A stretch of 64,000 nt of DNA from the human T2T-CHM13v2.0 reference genome, Homo sapiens: NCBI RefSeq assembly GCF_009914755.1, contig NC_060948.1; one strand, 5' to 3'. The position numbers and the translations under genes were made by a program. Under the pieces are notes generated by a model. It did not search any database, was not told the origin of the DNA, and saw only the letters and a list, made by a program, of their open reading frames with translations. Positions within the stretch are counted from its first letter, which is position 1; each line of letters begins with the position of its first letter. Below are positions 41,117-55,387 of the stretch, piece after piece.

Positions 41117-44100
41117 GGCCTGGAATAAAGTGGAATGCTACGGTCTCGAATGGAATAAAAATGTATGGAATGGAATGCAATGAAACGGAATCGAATGTCA
41201 TAGAATGTAATGGAATGCAAAAAAATGGAATCCAAAATCATTGACTGGAAAGGCTGGGTGTCGAAAGGAATTGACTCCAATGGAATGGAATCGAATGGAA
41301 TGGAAGTGAATAGAATCGAACTAAATCGAATGGAATGGAATTGATAGGAACGGAATGGAAAGGAATGCAATGATTTGGCATGGAATGGAATCGAATGGCA
41401 TCGAATGGAATGGAATGGAATGCAATGGAATGGAATGTATTAGAATGTAATGAACTTTAATGGAATGTACTCGAATGGATTCGACTGGAATGGAATGTTC
41501 TGGAAGTGAATGGACTCCAATGGAATGGATTCAAAAGGAATGGAATCGTACGGAATGGAATCTAATGGAATGGAATTAAATGGAAATGAATCAAATTGAA
41601 TAGCACGGAATTGAATTGAATGGAATGGAATGCAATGGAATCTAATGAAACGGAAAGGAAAGGAATGGAATGGAATGGAATGGGCTGGAATGGAAAGGAA
41701 TCGAAACGAATGGAATGGAATCGAACTGAAGAGACTGGAATGGAATGCACTGGAATGGAAGGGAGTGTAATGGAAGGTTCTCGAAAAAAATGGAATCGAA
41801 TGGAATGGAATTGAATGGAACGGAATAGAGTCGAATGGAATTGAATGGAATGGAATGGACTAGAGTGAAATGGAATCGAACCACAAGGAATGGACAGGAA
41901 TAGAATGGTCTCGAATTGAATGGAATCGTATGGAATGGCATCAAACGGAATGGAATGGACAGCCACGGAATGGAATGCACTCGAATGCAATGGAGTCGAA
42001 ACAAATGGACTGGAATAGAATGGACTCGACTGGTACGGACTCCAATGGAATGGAATCGAATGGAAGGGAATCGAACGGAAGGGAATCGAACGGAATGGAC
42101 TCGAAGGGAAAAGACTGCAATGGAAAGGTCTCGAATGGAATGGAAATTAATGGAATGGAATGCAATCGAATGAAATGGAGTCAAAAGGAATGGAATCGAA
42201 TGGCAAGAAATCGAATGTAATGGAATCGCCAGGAATTGATGTGAACGGAACGGAATGGAATGGAATCCAAAGGAATGGAATAGAATGGAATGGAATCGAA
42301 TGGAAAGGACTCGAATGGAAATCACTCGAATAGAATGCAATTTAATAAAATAGGATCAAATGTAATGGAATGGAATGGAAAGGAATCGAAACGAAAGGAA
42401 TGGAGACAGATGGAATGGAATGGAACAGAGAGCAATGGTATAGAATGGAATGGAATCATCTGGAATGGAATTGAATGGAATGGAATAATATGAAATGGAA
42501 TGGAATGGAATGGAATGGAATGCCCTTGAATTAAATGGACTGGAATGGAATGGACTCAAACAGAGTGGAATGGAAAGTGTGGAGATAGAATGGAATGAAC
42601 TCCTTTGGAATGGTGTAGTATGCAATGCAATCGACTGGCAGGGAATCAAAAGGAATGTAATCGAATGGATTGGACTGGAATGCAAAGGACTCGAATAGAT
42701 TGGAAACGGAATGCAAAGGAATGGAATGGAATAGTATGGAATGCAATGGAAGGGAATGGAGTGGAATAGACTAGAGTGGAATGGAATGGACTGGAAAGCA
42801 ATGGACTGGAATGGAACTTTCTTGGATGGACTGGAACCAAACGGAATGGAATGCAATGCAATCAAATGGCATGGAATAAAATAGAATGAAAGAGAATCAA
42901 ATGGAATTGAATCGAATGGAATCGAATGGATTGGAAAGGAATAGAATGGAATGGAATGGAATTGACTCAAATGGAATGGACTAGAATGGAATGGATTCGA
43001 ATGGAAGGCAAAGGAATGGAATCTATTGGAATGGACTGTAATGGAATGGAATGGAAGGGATTGGAATGGACTCGAATGGAATGGACTGCAATAGAAAGGA
43101 TTCGAATGGAATGAAAAAGAATTGAATGGAATAGAACAGAATGGAATCAAATCGAATGAAATGGAATGGAATAGAAAGGAATGGAATGAAATGGAATGGA
43201 AAGGATTCGAATGGAATGCAATCGAATGGAATGGAATCGAACGGAATGGAATAAAATGGAAGAAAACTGGCAAGAAATGGAATCGAAATGAATGGAGTGT
43301 TATGGAACGGACTCAAAAGGAATTGAATGTAATAGAATGGAGTGGAGTGGACTCGAATATAATGGACTGGAATGGAATGAAATCACATGGAATGGGAACG
43401 AATGGAATGGAATGGAAAGGAATGGAATCGAATGGAAAGGAATCGAATGGAAGGGAATGAAATTGAATCAACACGAATGGAAGGGAATAGAATAGACTGT
43501 AATGGAATGGACTCGAATAGAATGGACACGAATGCTCAAATTAAATGGACTCGAATGGAATGGAAACGAAAGGAATGTCATCGAATGGAATTGAATCGAT
43601 TGGAATGACATCGCATAGAATGGAGTGGAATCAAATGGAATTGAATCGAAAGGAAAGGAAGCGAATGGACTGAAATGAAATGGAATGGAATTGAATGGAA
43701 AGTAATGCAATGGAATAGAATGGAACGAAATTTCACGGAATGGAATCAAACTGAATGGAATCAAATCAATGGAATCAAATCAAATGGAATGGAAAGGAAT
43801 TGAATGGAGTAGATGGGATTGGATGGGATTGGAATGAAATGTACTGGAAAGGACTCGAATTTCATGAAACGGAATGGAATGAATTGGAACGGAATGGACT
43901 CGAATGGAATGGAATGTCATGGGATGGCATCAAATGGAATGGCATCAAATGGAATGGAATCGAATGCAGTGGAATGCTATGGAATGGAATGGAATGCATT
44001 GGAATGGAATGTCCTCTAATGGAATGGATTCGAGTGGAATGGAATTGAATATAATGGAGTCGAATGAAATGGAATTGAAAGGAATGGGATCGAATACAAT

Positions 44101-44685
44101 GGAATATACTGGAATGTAACGTAATGAACTCGAATGTAATTGACTGGAATGGAATGTACATGAATGGAATGTAATCGAATGGAAAGTAATCCAATGGAAT
44201 AGAATCTAATGCAATAAAATCGACTCAGATAGAGTAGAATGTAATGGAATGGAGTGCAGTGCAATGGAATGGAATGGAATGGAATGCAATGGAATGGAAT
44301 GGAATGGAATGGAATGGAATGGGATGGAATGGTATGGAATGGATAGTAATAGACTGGAGTGAAATGGACTGGAAAGGAATGGACTCAAATTGAAAGGGCT
44401 CGAAAGGAATGGAGTCAAATGGAATGGTCTGGAATGGAATGAACACGAATGTAATGCAACCCAATAGAATGGAATCGAATGGCATGGAATATAAAGAAAT
44501 GGAATCGAAGAGAATGGAAACAAATGGAATGGAATTGAATGGAATGGAATTGAATGGAATGGGAACGAATGGAGTGAAATTGTATGCAGTAGAAGAGAAT
44601 AGAATGGAATGCAAGCGAAAGGAAAGGAATGGATTGGAATGGAATGGAATTCATTGGAATGGAAGGGAATGTAGTGTAATGGACA
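41117..44685 (+). repeat. DYZ1 monomer H12, 3569 bp
   Basis: GGCC to GGCC; 12-pentamer tract at 44262. Confidence 0.92.
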
Positions 44686-47600
44686 GGCCTGGAATAAAGT
44701 GGAATGCTACGGTCTCGAATGGAATAAAAATGTATGGAATGGAATGCAATGAAACGGAATCGAATGTCATAGAATGTAATGGAATGCAAAAAAATGGAAT
44801 CCAAAATCATTGACTGGAAAGGCTGGGTGTCGAAAGGAATTGACTCCAATGGAATGGAATCGAATGGAATGGAAGTGAATAGAATCGAACTAAATCGAAT
44901 GGAATGGAATTGATAGGAACGGAATGGAAAGGAATGCAATGATTTGGCATGGAATGGAATCGAATGGCATCGAATGGAATGGAATGGAATGCAATGGAAT
45001 GGAATGTATTAGAATGTAATGAACTTTAATGGAATGTACTCGAATGGATTCGACTGGAATGGAATGTTCTGGAAGTGAATGGACTCCAATGGAATGGATT
45101 CAAAAGGAATGGAATCGTACGGAATGGAATCTAATGGAATGGAATTAAATGGAAATGAATCAAATTGAATAGCACGGAATTGAATTGAATGGAATGGAAT
45201 GCAATGCAATCTAATGAAACGGAAAGGAAAGGAATGGAATGGAATGGAATGGGCTGGAATGGAAAGGAATCGAAACGAATGGAATGGAATCGAACTGAAG
45301 AGACTGGAATGGAATGCACTGGAATGGAAGGGAGTGTAATGGAAGGTTCTCGAAAAAAATGGAATCGAATGGAATGGAATTGAATGGAACGGAATAGAGT
45401 CGAATGGAATTGAATGGAATGGAATGGACTAGAGTGAAATGGAATCGAACCACAAGGAATGGACAGGAATAGAATGGTCTCGAATTGAATGGAATCGTAT
45501 GGAATGGCATCAAACGGAATGGAATGGACAGCCACGGAATGGAATGCACTCGAATGCAATGGAGTCGAAACAAATGGACTGGAATAGAATGGACTCGACT
45601 GGTACGGACTCCAATGGAATGGAATCGAATGGAAGGGAATCGAACGGAAGGGAATCGAACGGAATGGACTCGAAGGGAAAAGACTGCAATGGAAAGGTCT
45701 CGAATGGAATGGAAATTAATGGAATGGAATGCAATCGAATGAAATGGAGTCAAAAGTAATGGAATCGAATGGCAAGAAATCGAATGTAATGGAATCGCCA
45801 GGAATTGATGTGAACGGAACGGAATGGAATGGAATCCAAAGGAATGGAATAGAATGGAATGGAATCGAATGGAAAGGACTCGAATGGAAATCACTCGAAT
45901 AGAATGCAATTTAATAAAATAGGATCAAATGTAATGGAATGGAATGGAAAGGAATCGAAACGAAAGGAATGGAGACAGATGGAATGGAATGGAACAGAGA
46001 GCAATGGTATAGAATGGAATGGAATCATCTGGAATGGAATTGAATGGAATGGAATAATATGAAATGGAATGGAATGGAATGGAATGGAATGCCCTTGAAT
46101 TAAATGGACTGGAATGGAATGGACTCAAACAGAGTGGAATGGAAAGTGTGGAGATAGAATGGAATGAACTCCTTTGGAATGGTGTAGTATGCAATGCAAT
46201 CGACTGGCAGGGAATCAAAAGGAATGTAATCGAATGGATTGGACTGGAATGCAAAGGACTCGAATAGATTGGAAACGGAATGCAAAGGAATGGAATGGAA
46301 TAGTATGGAATGCAATGGAAGGGAATGGAGTGGAATAGACTAGAGTGGAATGGAATGGACTGGAAAGCAATGGACTGGAATGGAACTTTCTTGGATGGAC
46401 TGGAACCAAACGGAATGGAATGCAATGCAATCAAATGGCATGGAATAAAATAGAATGAAAGAGAATCAAATGGAATTGAATCGAATGGAATCGAATGGAT
46501 TGGAAAGGAATAGAATGGAATGGAATGGAATTGACTCAAATGGAATGGACTAGAATGGAATGGATTCGAATGGAAGGCAAAGGAATGGAATCTATTGGAA
46601 TGGACTGTAATGGAATGGAATGGAAGGGATTGGAATGGACTCGAATGGAATGGACTGCAATAGAAAGGATTCGAATGGAATGAAAAAGAATTGAATGGAA
46701 TAGAACAGAATGGAATCAAATCGAATGAAATGGAATGGAATAGAAAGGAATGGAATGAAATGGAATGGAAAGGATTCGAATGGAATGCAATCGAATGGAA
46801 TGGAATCGAACGGAATGGAATAAAATGGAAGAAAACTGGCAAGAAATTGAATCGAAATGAATGGAGTGTTATGGAACGGACTCAAAAGGAATTGAATGTA
46901 ATAGAATGGAGTGGAGTGGACTCGAATATAATGGACTGGAATGGAATGAAATCACATGGAATGGGAACGAATGGAATGGAATGGAAAGGAATGGAATCGA
47001 ATGGAAAGGAATCGAATGGAAGGGAATGAAATTGAATCAACAGGAATGGAAGGGAATAGAATAGACTGTAATGGAATGGACTCGAATAGAATGGACACGA
47101 ATGCTCAAATTAAATGGACTCGAACGGAATGGAAACGAAAGGAATGTCATCGAATGGAATTGAATCGATTGGAATGAAATCGCATAGAATGGAGTGGAAT
47201 CAAATGGAATTGAATCGAAAGGAAAGGAAGCGAATGGACTGAAATGAAATGGAATGGAATTGAATGGAAAGTAATGCAATGGAATAGAATGGAACGAAAT
47301 TTCACGGAATGGAATCAAACTGAATGGAATCAAATCAATGGAATCAAATCAAATGGAATGGAAAGGAATTGAATGGAGTAGATGGGATTGGATGGGATTG
47401 GAATGAAATGTACTGGAAAGGACTCGAATTTCATGAAACGGAATGGAATGAATTGGAACGGAATGGACTCGAATGGAATGGAATGTCATGGGATTGCATC
47501 AAATGGAATGGCATCAAATGGAATGGAATCGAATGCAATGGAATGCTATGGAATGGAATGGAATGCATTGGAATGGAATGTCCTCTAATGGAATGGATTC

Positions 47601-48269
47601 GAGTGGAATGGAATTGAATATAATGGAGTCGAATGAAATGGAATTGAAAGGAATGGGATCGAATACAATGGAATATACTGGAATGTAACGTAATGAACTC
47701 GAATGTAATTGACTGGAATGGAATGTACATGAATGGAATGTAATCGAATGGAAAGTAATCCAATGGAATAGAATCTAATGCAATAAAATCGACTCAGATA
47801 GAGTAGAATGTAATGGAATGGAGTGCAGTGCAATGGAATGGAATGGAATGGAATGCAATGGAATGGAATGGAATGGAATGCAATGGAATGGAATGGAATG
47901 GAATGGGATGGAATGGTATGGAATGGATAGTAATGGACTGGAGTGAAATGGACTGGAAAGGAATGGACTCAAATTGAAAGGGCTCGAAAGGAATGGAGTC
48001 AAATGGAATGGTCTGGAATGGAATGAACACGAATGTAATGCAACCCAATAGAATGGAATCGAATGGCATGGAATATAAAGAAATGGAATCGAAGAGAATG
48101 GAAACAAATGGAATGGAATTGAATGGAATGGAATTGAATGGAATGGGAACGAATGGAGTGAAATTGTATGCAGTAGAAGAGAATAGAATGGAATGCAAGC
48201 GAAAGGAAAGGAATGGATTGGAATGGAATGGAATTCATTGGAATGGAAGGGAATGTAGTGTAATGGACA
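44686..48269 (+). repeat. DYZ1 monomer H13, 3584 bp
   Basis: GGCC to GGCC; 15-pentamer tract at 47831. Confidence 0.92.
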
Positions 48270-51200
48270 GGCCTGGAATAAAGTGGAATGCTACGGTCTC
48301 GAATGGAATAAAAATGTATGGAATGGAATGCAATGAAACGGAATCGAATGTCATAGAATGTAATGGAATGCAAAAAAATGGAATCCAAAATCATTGACTG
48401 GAAAGGCTGGGTGTCGAAAGGAATTGACTCCAATGGAATGGAATCGAATGGAATGGAAGTGAATAGAATCGAACTAAATCGAATGGAATGGAATTGATAG
48501 GAACGGAATGGAAAGGAATGCAATGATTTGGCATGGAATGGAATCGAATGGCATCGAATGGAATGGAATGGAATGCAATGGAATGGAATGTATTAGAATG
48601 TAATGAACTTTAATGGAATGTACTCGAATGGATTCGACTGGAATGGAATGTTCTGGAAGTGAATGGACTCCAATGGAATGGATTCAAAAGGAATGGAATC
48701 GTACGGAATGGAATCTAATGGAATGGAATTAAATGGAAATGAATCAAATTGAATAGCACGGAATTGAATTGAATGGAATGGAATGCAATGGAATCTAATG
48801 AAACGGAAAGGAAAGGAATGGAATGGAATGGAATGGGCTGGAATGGAAAGGAATCGAAACGAATGGAATGGAATCGAACTGAAGAGACTGGAATGGAATG
48901 CACTGGAATGGAAGGGAGTGTAATGGAAGGTTCTCGAAAAAAATGGAATCGAATGGAATGGAATTGAATGGAACGGAATAGAGTCGAATGGAATTGAATG
49001 GAATGGAATGGACTAGAGTGAAATGGAATCGAACCACAAGGAATGGACAGGAATAGAATGGTCTCGAATTGAATGGAATCGTATGGAATGGCATCAAACG
49101 GAATGGAATGGACAGCCACGGAATGGAATGCACTCGAATGCAATGGAGTCGAAACAAATGGACTGGAATAGAATGGACTCGACTGGTACGGACTCCAATG
49201 GAATGGAATCGAATGGAAGGGAATCGAACGGAAGGGAATCGAACGGAATGGACTCGAAGGGAAAAGACTGCAATGGAAAGGTCTCGAATGGAATGGAAAT
49301 TAATGGAATGGAATGGAATCGAATGAAATGGAGTCAAAAGGAATGGAATCGAATGGCAAGAAATCGAATGTAATGGAATCGCCAGGAATTGATGTGAACG
49401 GAACGGAATGGAATGGAATCCAAAGGAATGGAATAGAATGGAATGGAATCGAATGGAAAGGACTCGAATGGAAATCACTCGAATAGAATGCAATTTAATA
49501 AAATAGGATCAAATGTAATGGAATGGAATGGAAAGGAATCGAAACGAAAGGAATGGAGACAGATGGAATGGAATGGAACAGAGAGCAATGGTATAGAATG
49601 GAATGGAATCATCTGGAATGGAATTGAATGGAATGGAATAATATGAAATGGAATGGAATGGAATGGAATGGAATGCCCTTGAATTAAATGGACTGGAATG
49701 GAATGGACTCAAACAGAGTGGAATGGAAAGTGTGGAGATAGAATGGAATGAACTCCTTTGGAATGGTGTAGTATGCAATGCAATCGACTGGCAGGGAATC
49801 AAAAGGAATGTAATCGAATGGATTGGACTGGAATGCAAAGGACTCGAATAGATTGGAAACGGAATGCAAAGGAATGGAATGGAATAGTATGGAATGCAAT
49901 GGAAGGGAATGGAGTGGAATAGACTAGAGTGGAATGGAATGGACTGGAAAGCAATGGACTGGAATGGAACTTTCTTGGATGGACTGGAACCAAACGGAAT
50001 GGAATGCAATGCAATCAAATGGCATGGAATAAAATAGAATGAAAGAGAATCAAATGGAATTGAATCGAATGGAATCGAATGGATTGGAAAGGAATAGAAT
50101 GGAATGGAATGGAATTGACTCAAATGGAATGGACTAGAATGGAATGGATTCGAATGGAAGGCAAAGGAATGGAATCTATTGGAATGGACTGTAATGGAAT
50201 GGAATGGAAGGGATTGGAATGGACTCGAATGGAATGGACTGCAATAGAAAGGATTCGAATGGAATGAAAAAGAATTGAATGGAATAGAACAGAATGGAAT
50301 CAAATCGAATGAAATGGAATGGAATAGAAAGGAATGGAATGAAATGGAATGGAAAGGATTCGAATGGAATGCAATCGAATGGAATGGAATCGAACGGAAT
50401 GGAATAAAATGGAAGAAAACTGGCAAGAAATGGAATCGAAATGGATGGAGTGTTATGGAACGGACTCAAAAGGAATTGAATGTAATAGAATGGAGTGGAG
50501 TGGACTCGAATATAATGGACTGGAATGGAATGAAATCACATGGAATGGGAACGAATGGAATGGAATGGAAAGGAATGGAATCGAATGGAAAGGAATCGAA
50601 TGGAAGGGAATGAAATTGAATCAACAGGAATGGAAGGGAATAGAATAGACTGTAATGGAATGGACTCGAATAGAATGGACACGAATGCTCAAATTAAATG
50701 GACTCGAACGGAATGGAAACGAAAGGAATGTCATCGAATGGAATTGAATCGATTGGAATGAAATCGCATAGAATGGAGTGGAATCAAATGGAATTGAATC
50801 GAAAGGAAAGGAAGCGAATGGACTGAAATGAAATGGAATGGAATTGAATGGAAAGTAATGCAATGGAATAGAATGGAACGAAATTTCACGGAATGGAATC
50901 AAACTGAATGGAATCAAATCAATGGAATCAAATCAAATGGAATGGAAAGGAATTGAATGGAGTAGATGGGATTGGATGGGATTGGAATGAAATGTACTGG
51001 AAAGGACTCGAATTTCATGAAACGGAATGGAATGAATTGGAACGGAATGGACTCGAATGGAATGGAATGTCATGGGATTGCATCAAATGGAATGGCATCA
51101 AATGGAATGGAATCGAATGCAATGGAATGCTATGGAATGGAATGGAATGCATTGGAATGGAATGTCCTCTAATGGAATGGATTCGAGTGGAATGGAATTG

Positions 51201-51843
51201 AATATAATGGAGTCGAATGAAATGGAATTGAAAGGAATGGGATCGAATACAATGGAATATACTGGAATGTAACGTAATGAACTCGAATGTAATTGACTGG
51301 AATGGAATGTACATGAATGGAATGTAATCGAATGGAAAGTAATCCAATGGAATAGAATCTAATGCAATAAAATCGACTCAGATAGAGTAGAATGTAATGG
51401 AATGGAGTGCAGTGCAATGGAATGGAATGGAATGGAATGCAATGGAATGGAATGGAATGGAATGCAATGGAATGGAATGGGATGGAATGGTATGGAATGG
51501 ATAGTAATGGACTGGAGTGAAATGGACTGGAAAGGAATGGACTCAAATTGAAAGGGCTCGAAAGGAATGGAGTCAAATGGAATGGTCTGGAATGGAATGA
51601 ACACGAATGTAATGCAACCCAATAGAATGGAATCGAATGGCATGGAATATAAAGAAATGGAATCGAAGAGAATGGAAACAAATGGAATGGAATTGAATGG
51701 AATGGAATTGAATGGAATGGGAACGAATGGAGTGAAATTGTATGCAGTAGAAGAGAATAGAATGGAATGCAAGCGAAAGGAAAGGAATGGATTGGAATGG
51801 AATGGAATTCATTGGAATGGAAGGGAATGTAGTGTAATGGACA
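48270..51843 (+). repeat. DYZ1 monomer H14, 3574 bp
   Basis: GGCC to GGCC; 13-pentamer tract at 51415. Confidence 0.92.
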
Positions 51844-54800
51844 GGCCTGGAATAAAGTGGAATGCTACGGTCTCGAATGGAATAAAAATGTATGGAATGG
51901 AATGCAATGAAACGGAATCGAATGTCATAGAATGTAATGGAATGCAAAAAAATGGAATCCAAAATCATTGACTGGAAAGGCTGGGTGTCGAAAGGAATTG
52001 ACTCCAATGGAATGGAATCGAATGGAATGGAAGTGAATAGAATCGAACTAAATCGAATGGAATGGAATTGATAGGAACGGAATGGAAAGGAATGCAATGA
52101 TTTGGCATGGAATGGAATCGAATGGCATCGAATGGAATGGAATGGAATGCAATGGAATGGAATGTATTAGAATGTAATGAACTTTAATGGAATGTACTCG
52201 AATGGATTCGACTGGAATGGAATGTTCTGGAAGTGAATGGACTCCAATGGAATGGATTCAAAAGGAATGGAATCGTACGGAATGGAATCTAATGGAATGG
52301 AATTAAATGGAAATGAATCAAATTGAATAGCACGGAATTGAATTGAATGGAATGGAATGCAATGGAATCTAATGAAACGGAAAGGAAAGGAATGGAATGG
52401 AATGGAATGGGCTGGAATGGAAAGGAATCGAAACGAATGGAATGGAATCGAACTGAAGAGACTGGAATGGAATGCACTGGAATGGAAGGGAGTGTAATGG
52501 AAGGTTCTCGAAAAAAATGGAATCGAATGGAATGGAATTGAATGGAACGGAATAGAGTCGAATGGAATTGAATGGAATGGAATGGACTAGAGTGAAATGG
52601 AATCGAACCACAAGGAATGGACAGGAATAGAATGGTCTCGAATTGAATGGAATCGTATGGAATGGCATCAAACGGAATGGAATGGACAGCCACGGAATGG
52701 AATGCACTCGAATGCAATGGAGTCGAAACAAATGGACTGGAATAGAATGGACTCGACTGGTACGGACTCCAATGGAATGGAATCGAATGGAAGGGAATCG
52801 AACGGAAGGGAATCGAACGGAATGGACTCGAAGGGAAAAGACTGCAATGGAAAGGTCTCGAATGGAATGGAAATTAATGGAATGGAATGGAATCGAATGA
52901 AATGGAGTCAAAAGGAATGGAATCGAATGGCAAGAAATCGAATGTAATGGAATCGCCAGGAATTGATGTGAACGGAACGGAATGGAATGGAATCCAAAGG
53001 AATGGAATAGAATGGAATGGAATCGAATGGAAAGGACTCGAATGGAAATCACTCGAATAGAATGCAATTTAATAAAATAGGATCAAATGTAATGGAATGG
53101 AATGGAAAGGAATCGAAACGAAAGGAATGGAGACAGATGGAATGGAATGGAACAGAGAGCAATGGTATAGAATGGAATGGAATCATCTGGAATGGAATTG
53201 AATGGAATGGAATAATATGAAATGGAATGGAATGGAATGGAATGGAATGCCCTTGAATTAAATGGACTGGAATGGAATGGACTCAAACAGAGTGGAATGG
53301 AAAGTGTGGAGATAGAATGGAATGAACTCCTTTGGAATGGTGTAGTATGCAATGCAATCGACTGGCAGGGAATCAAAAGGAATGTAATCGAATGGATTGG
53401 ACTGGAATGCAATGGACTCGAATAGATTGGAAACGGAATGCAAAGGAATGGAATGGAATAGTATGGAATGCAATGGAAGGGAATGGAGTGGAATAGACTA
53501 GAGTGGAATGGAATGGACTGGAAAGCAATGGACTGAAATGGAACTTTCTTGAATGGACTGGAATCAAACGGAATGGAATGCAATGCAATCAAATGGCATG
53601 GAATAAAATAGAATGAAAGAGAATCAAATGGAATTGAATCGAATGGAATCGAATGGATTGGAAAGGAATAGAATGGAATGGAATGGAATTGACTCAAATG
53701 GAATGGACTAGAATGGAATGGATTCGAATGGAAGGCAAAGGAATGGAATCTATTGGAATGGACTGTAATGGAATGGAATGGAAGGGATTGGAATGGACTC
53801 GAATGGAATGGACTGCAATAGAAAGGATTCGAATGGAATGAAAAAGAATTGAATGGAATAGAACAGAATGGAATCAAATCGAATGAAATGGAATGGAATA
53901 GAAAGGAATGGAATGAAATGGAATGGAAAGGATTCGAATGGAATGCAATCGAATGGAATGGAATCGAACGGAATGGAATAAAATGGAAGAAAACTGGCAA
54001 GAAATGGAATCGAAATGAATGGAGTGTTATGGAACGGACTCAAAAGGAATTGAATGTAATAGAATGGAGTGGAGTGGACTCGAATATAATGGACTGGAAT
54101 GGAATGAAATCACATGGAATGGGAACGAATGGAATGGAATGGAAAGGAATGGAATCGAATGGAAAGGAATCGAATGGAAGGGAATGAAATTGAATCAACA
54201 GGAATGGAAGGGAATAGAATAGACGGTAATGGAATGGACTCGAATAGAATGGACACGAATGCTCAAATTAAATGGACTCGAATGGAATGGAAACGAAAGG
54301 AATGTCATCGAATGGAATTGAATCGATTGGAATGAAATCGCATAGAATGGAGTGGAATCAAATGGAATTGAATCGAAAGGAAAGGAAGCGAATGGACTGA
54401 AATGAAATGGAATGGAATTGAATGGAAAGTAATGCAATGGAATAGAATGGAACGAAATTTCACGGAATGGAATCAAACTGAATGGAATCAAATCAATGGA
54501 ATCAAATCAAATGGAATGGAAAGGAATTGAATGGAGTAGATGGGATTGGATGGGATTGGAATGAAATGTACTGGAAAGGACTCGAATTTCATGAAACGGA
54601 ATGGAATGAATTGGAACGGAATGGACTCGAATGGAATGGAATGTCATGGGATGGCATCAAACGGAATGGCATCAAATGGAATGGAATCGAATGCAATGGA
54701 ATGCTATGGAATGGAATGGAATGCATTGGAATGGAATGTCCTCTAATGGAATGGATTCGAGTGGAATGGAATTGAATATAATGGAGTCGAATGAAATGGA

Positions 54801-55387
54801 ATTGAAAGGAATGGGATCGAATACAATGGAATATACTGGAATGTAACGTAATGAACTCGAATGTAATTGACTGGAATGGAATGTACATGAATGGAATGTA
54901 ATCGAATGGAAAGTAAACCAATGGAATAGAATCTAATGCAATAAAATCGACTCAGATAGAGTAGAATGTAATGGAATGGAGTGCAGTGCAATGGAATGGA
55001 ATGGAATGGAATGCAATGGAATGGAATGGAATGGAATGGGATGGAATGGTATGGAAAGGATAGTAATGGACTGGAGTGAAATGGACTGGAAAGGAATGGA
55101 CTCAAATTGAAAGGGCACGAAAGGAATGGAGTCAAATGGAATGGTCTGGAATGGAATGAACACGAATGTAATGCAACCCAATAGAATGGAATCGAATGGC
55201 ATGGAATATAAAGAAATGGAATCGAAGAGAATGGAAACAAATGGAATGGAATTGAATGGAATGGGAACGAATGGAGTGAAATTGTATGCAGTAGAAGTGA
55301 ATAGAATGGAATGCAAGCGAAAGGAAAGGAATGGATTGGAATGGAATGGAATTCATTGGAATGGAAGGGAATGTAGTGTAATGGACA
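51844..55387 (+). repeat. DYZ1 monomer H15, 3544 bp (A/B recombinant)
   Basis: GGCC to GGCC; 10-pentamer tract at 54989; 15-bp deletion near 55255; B alleles from 53552 onward. Confidence 0.92.
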
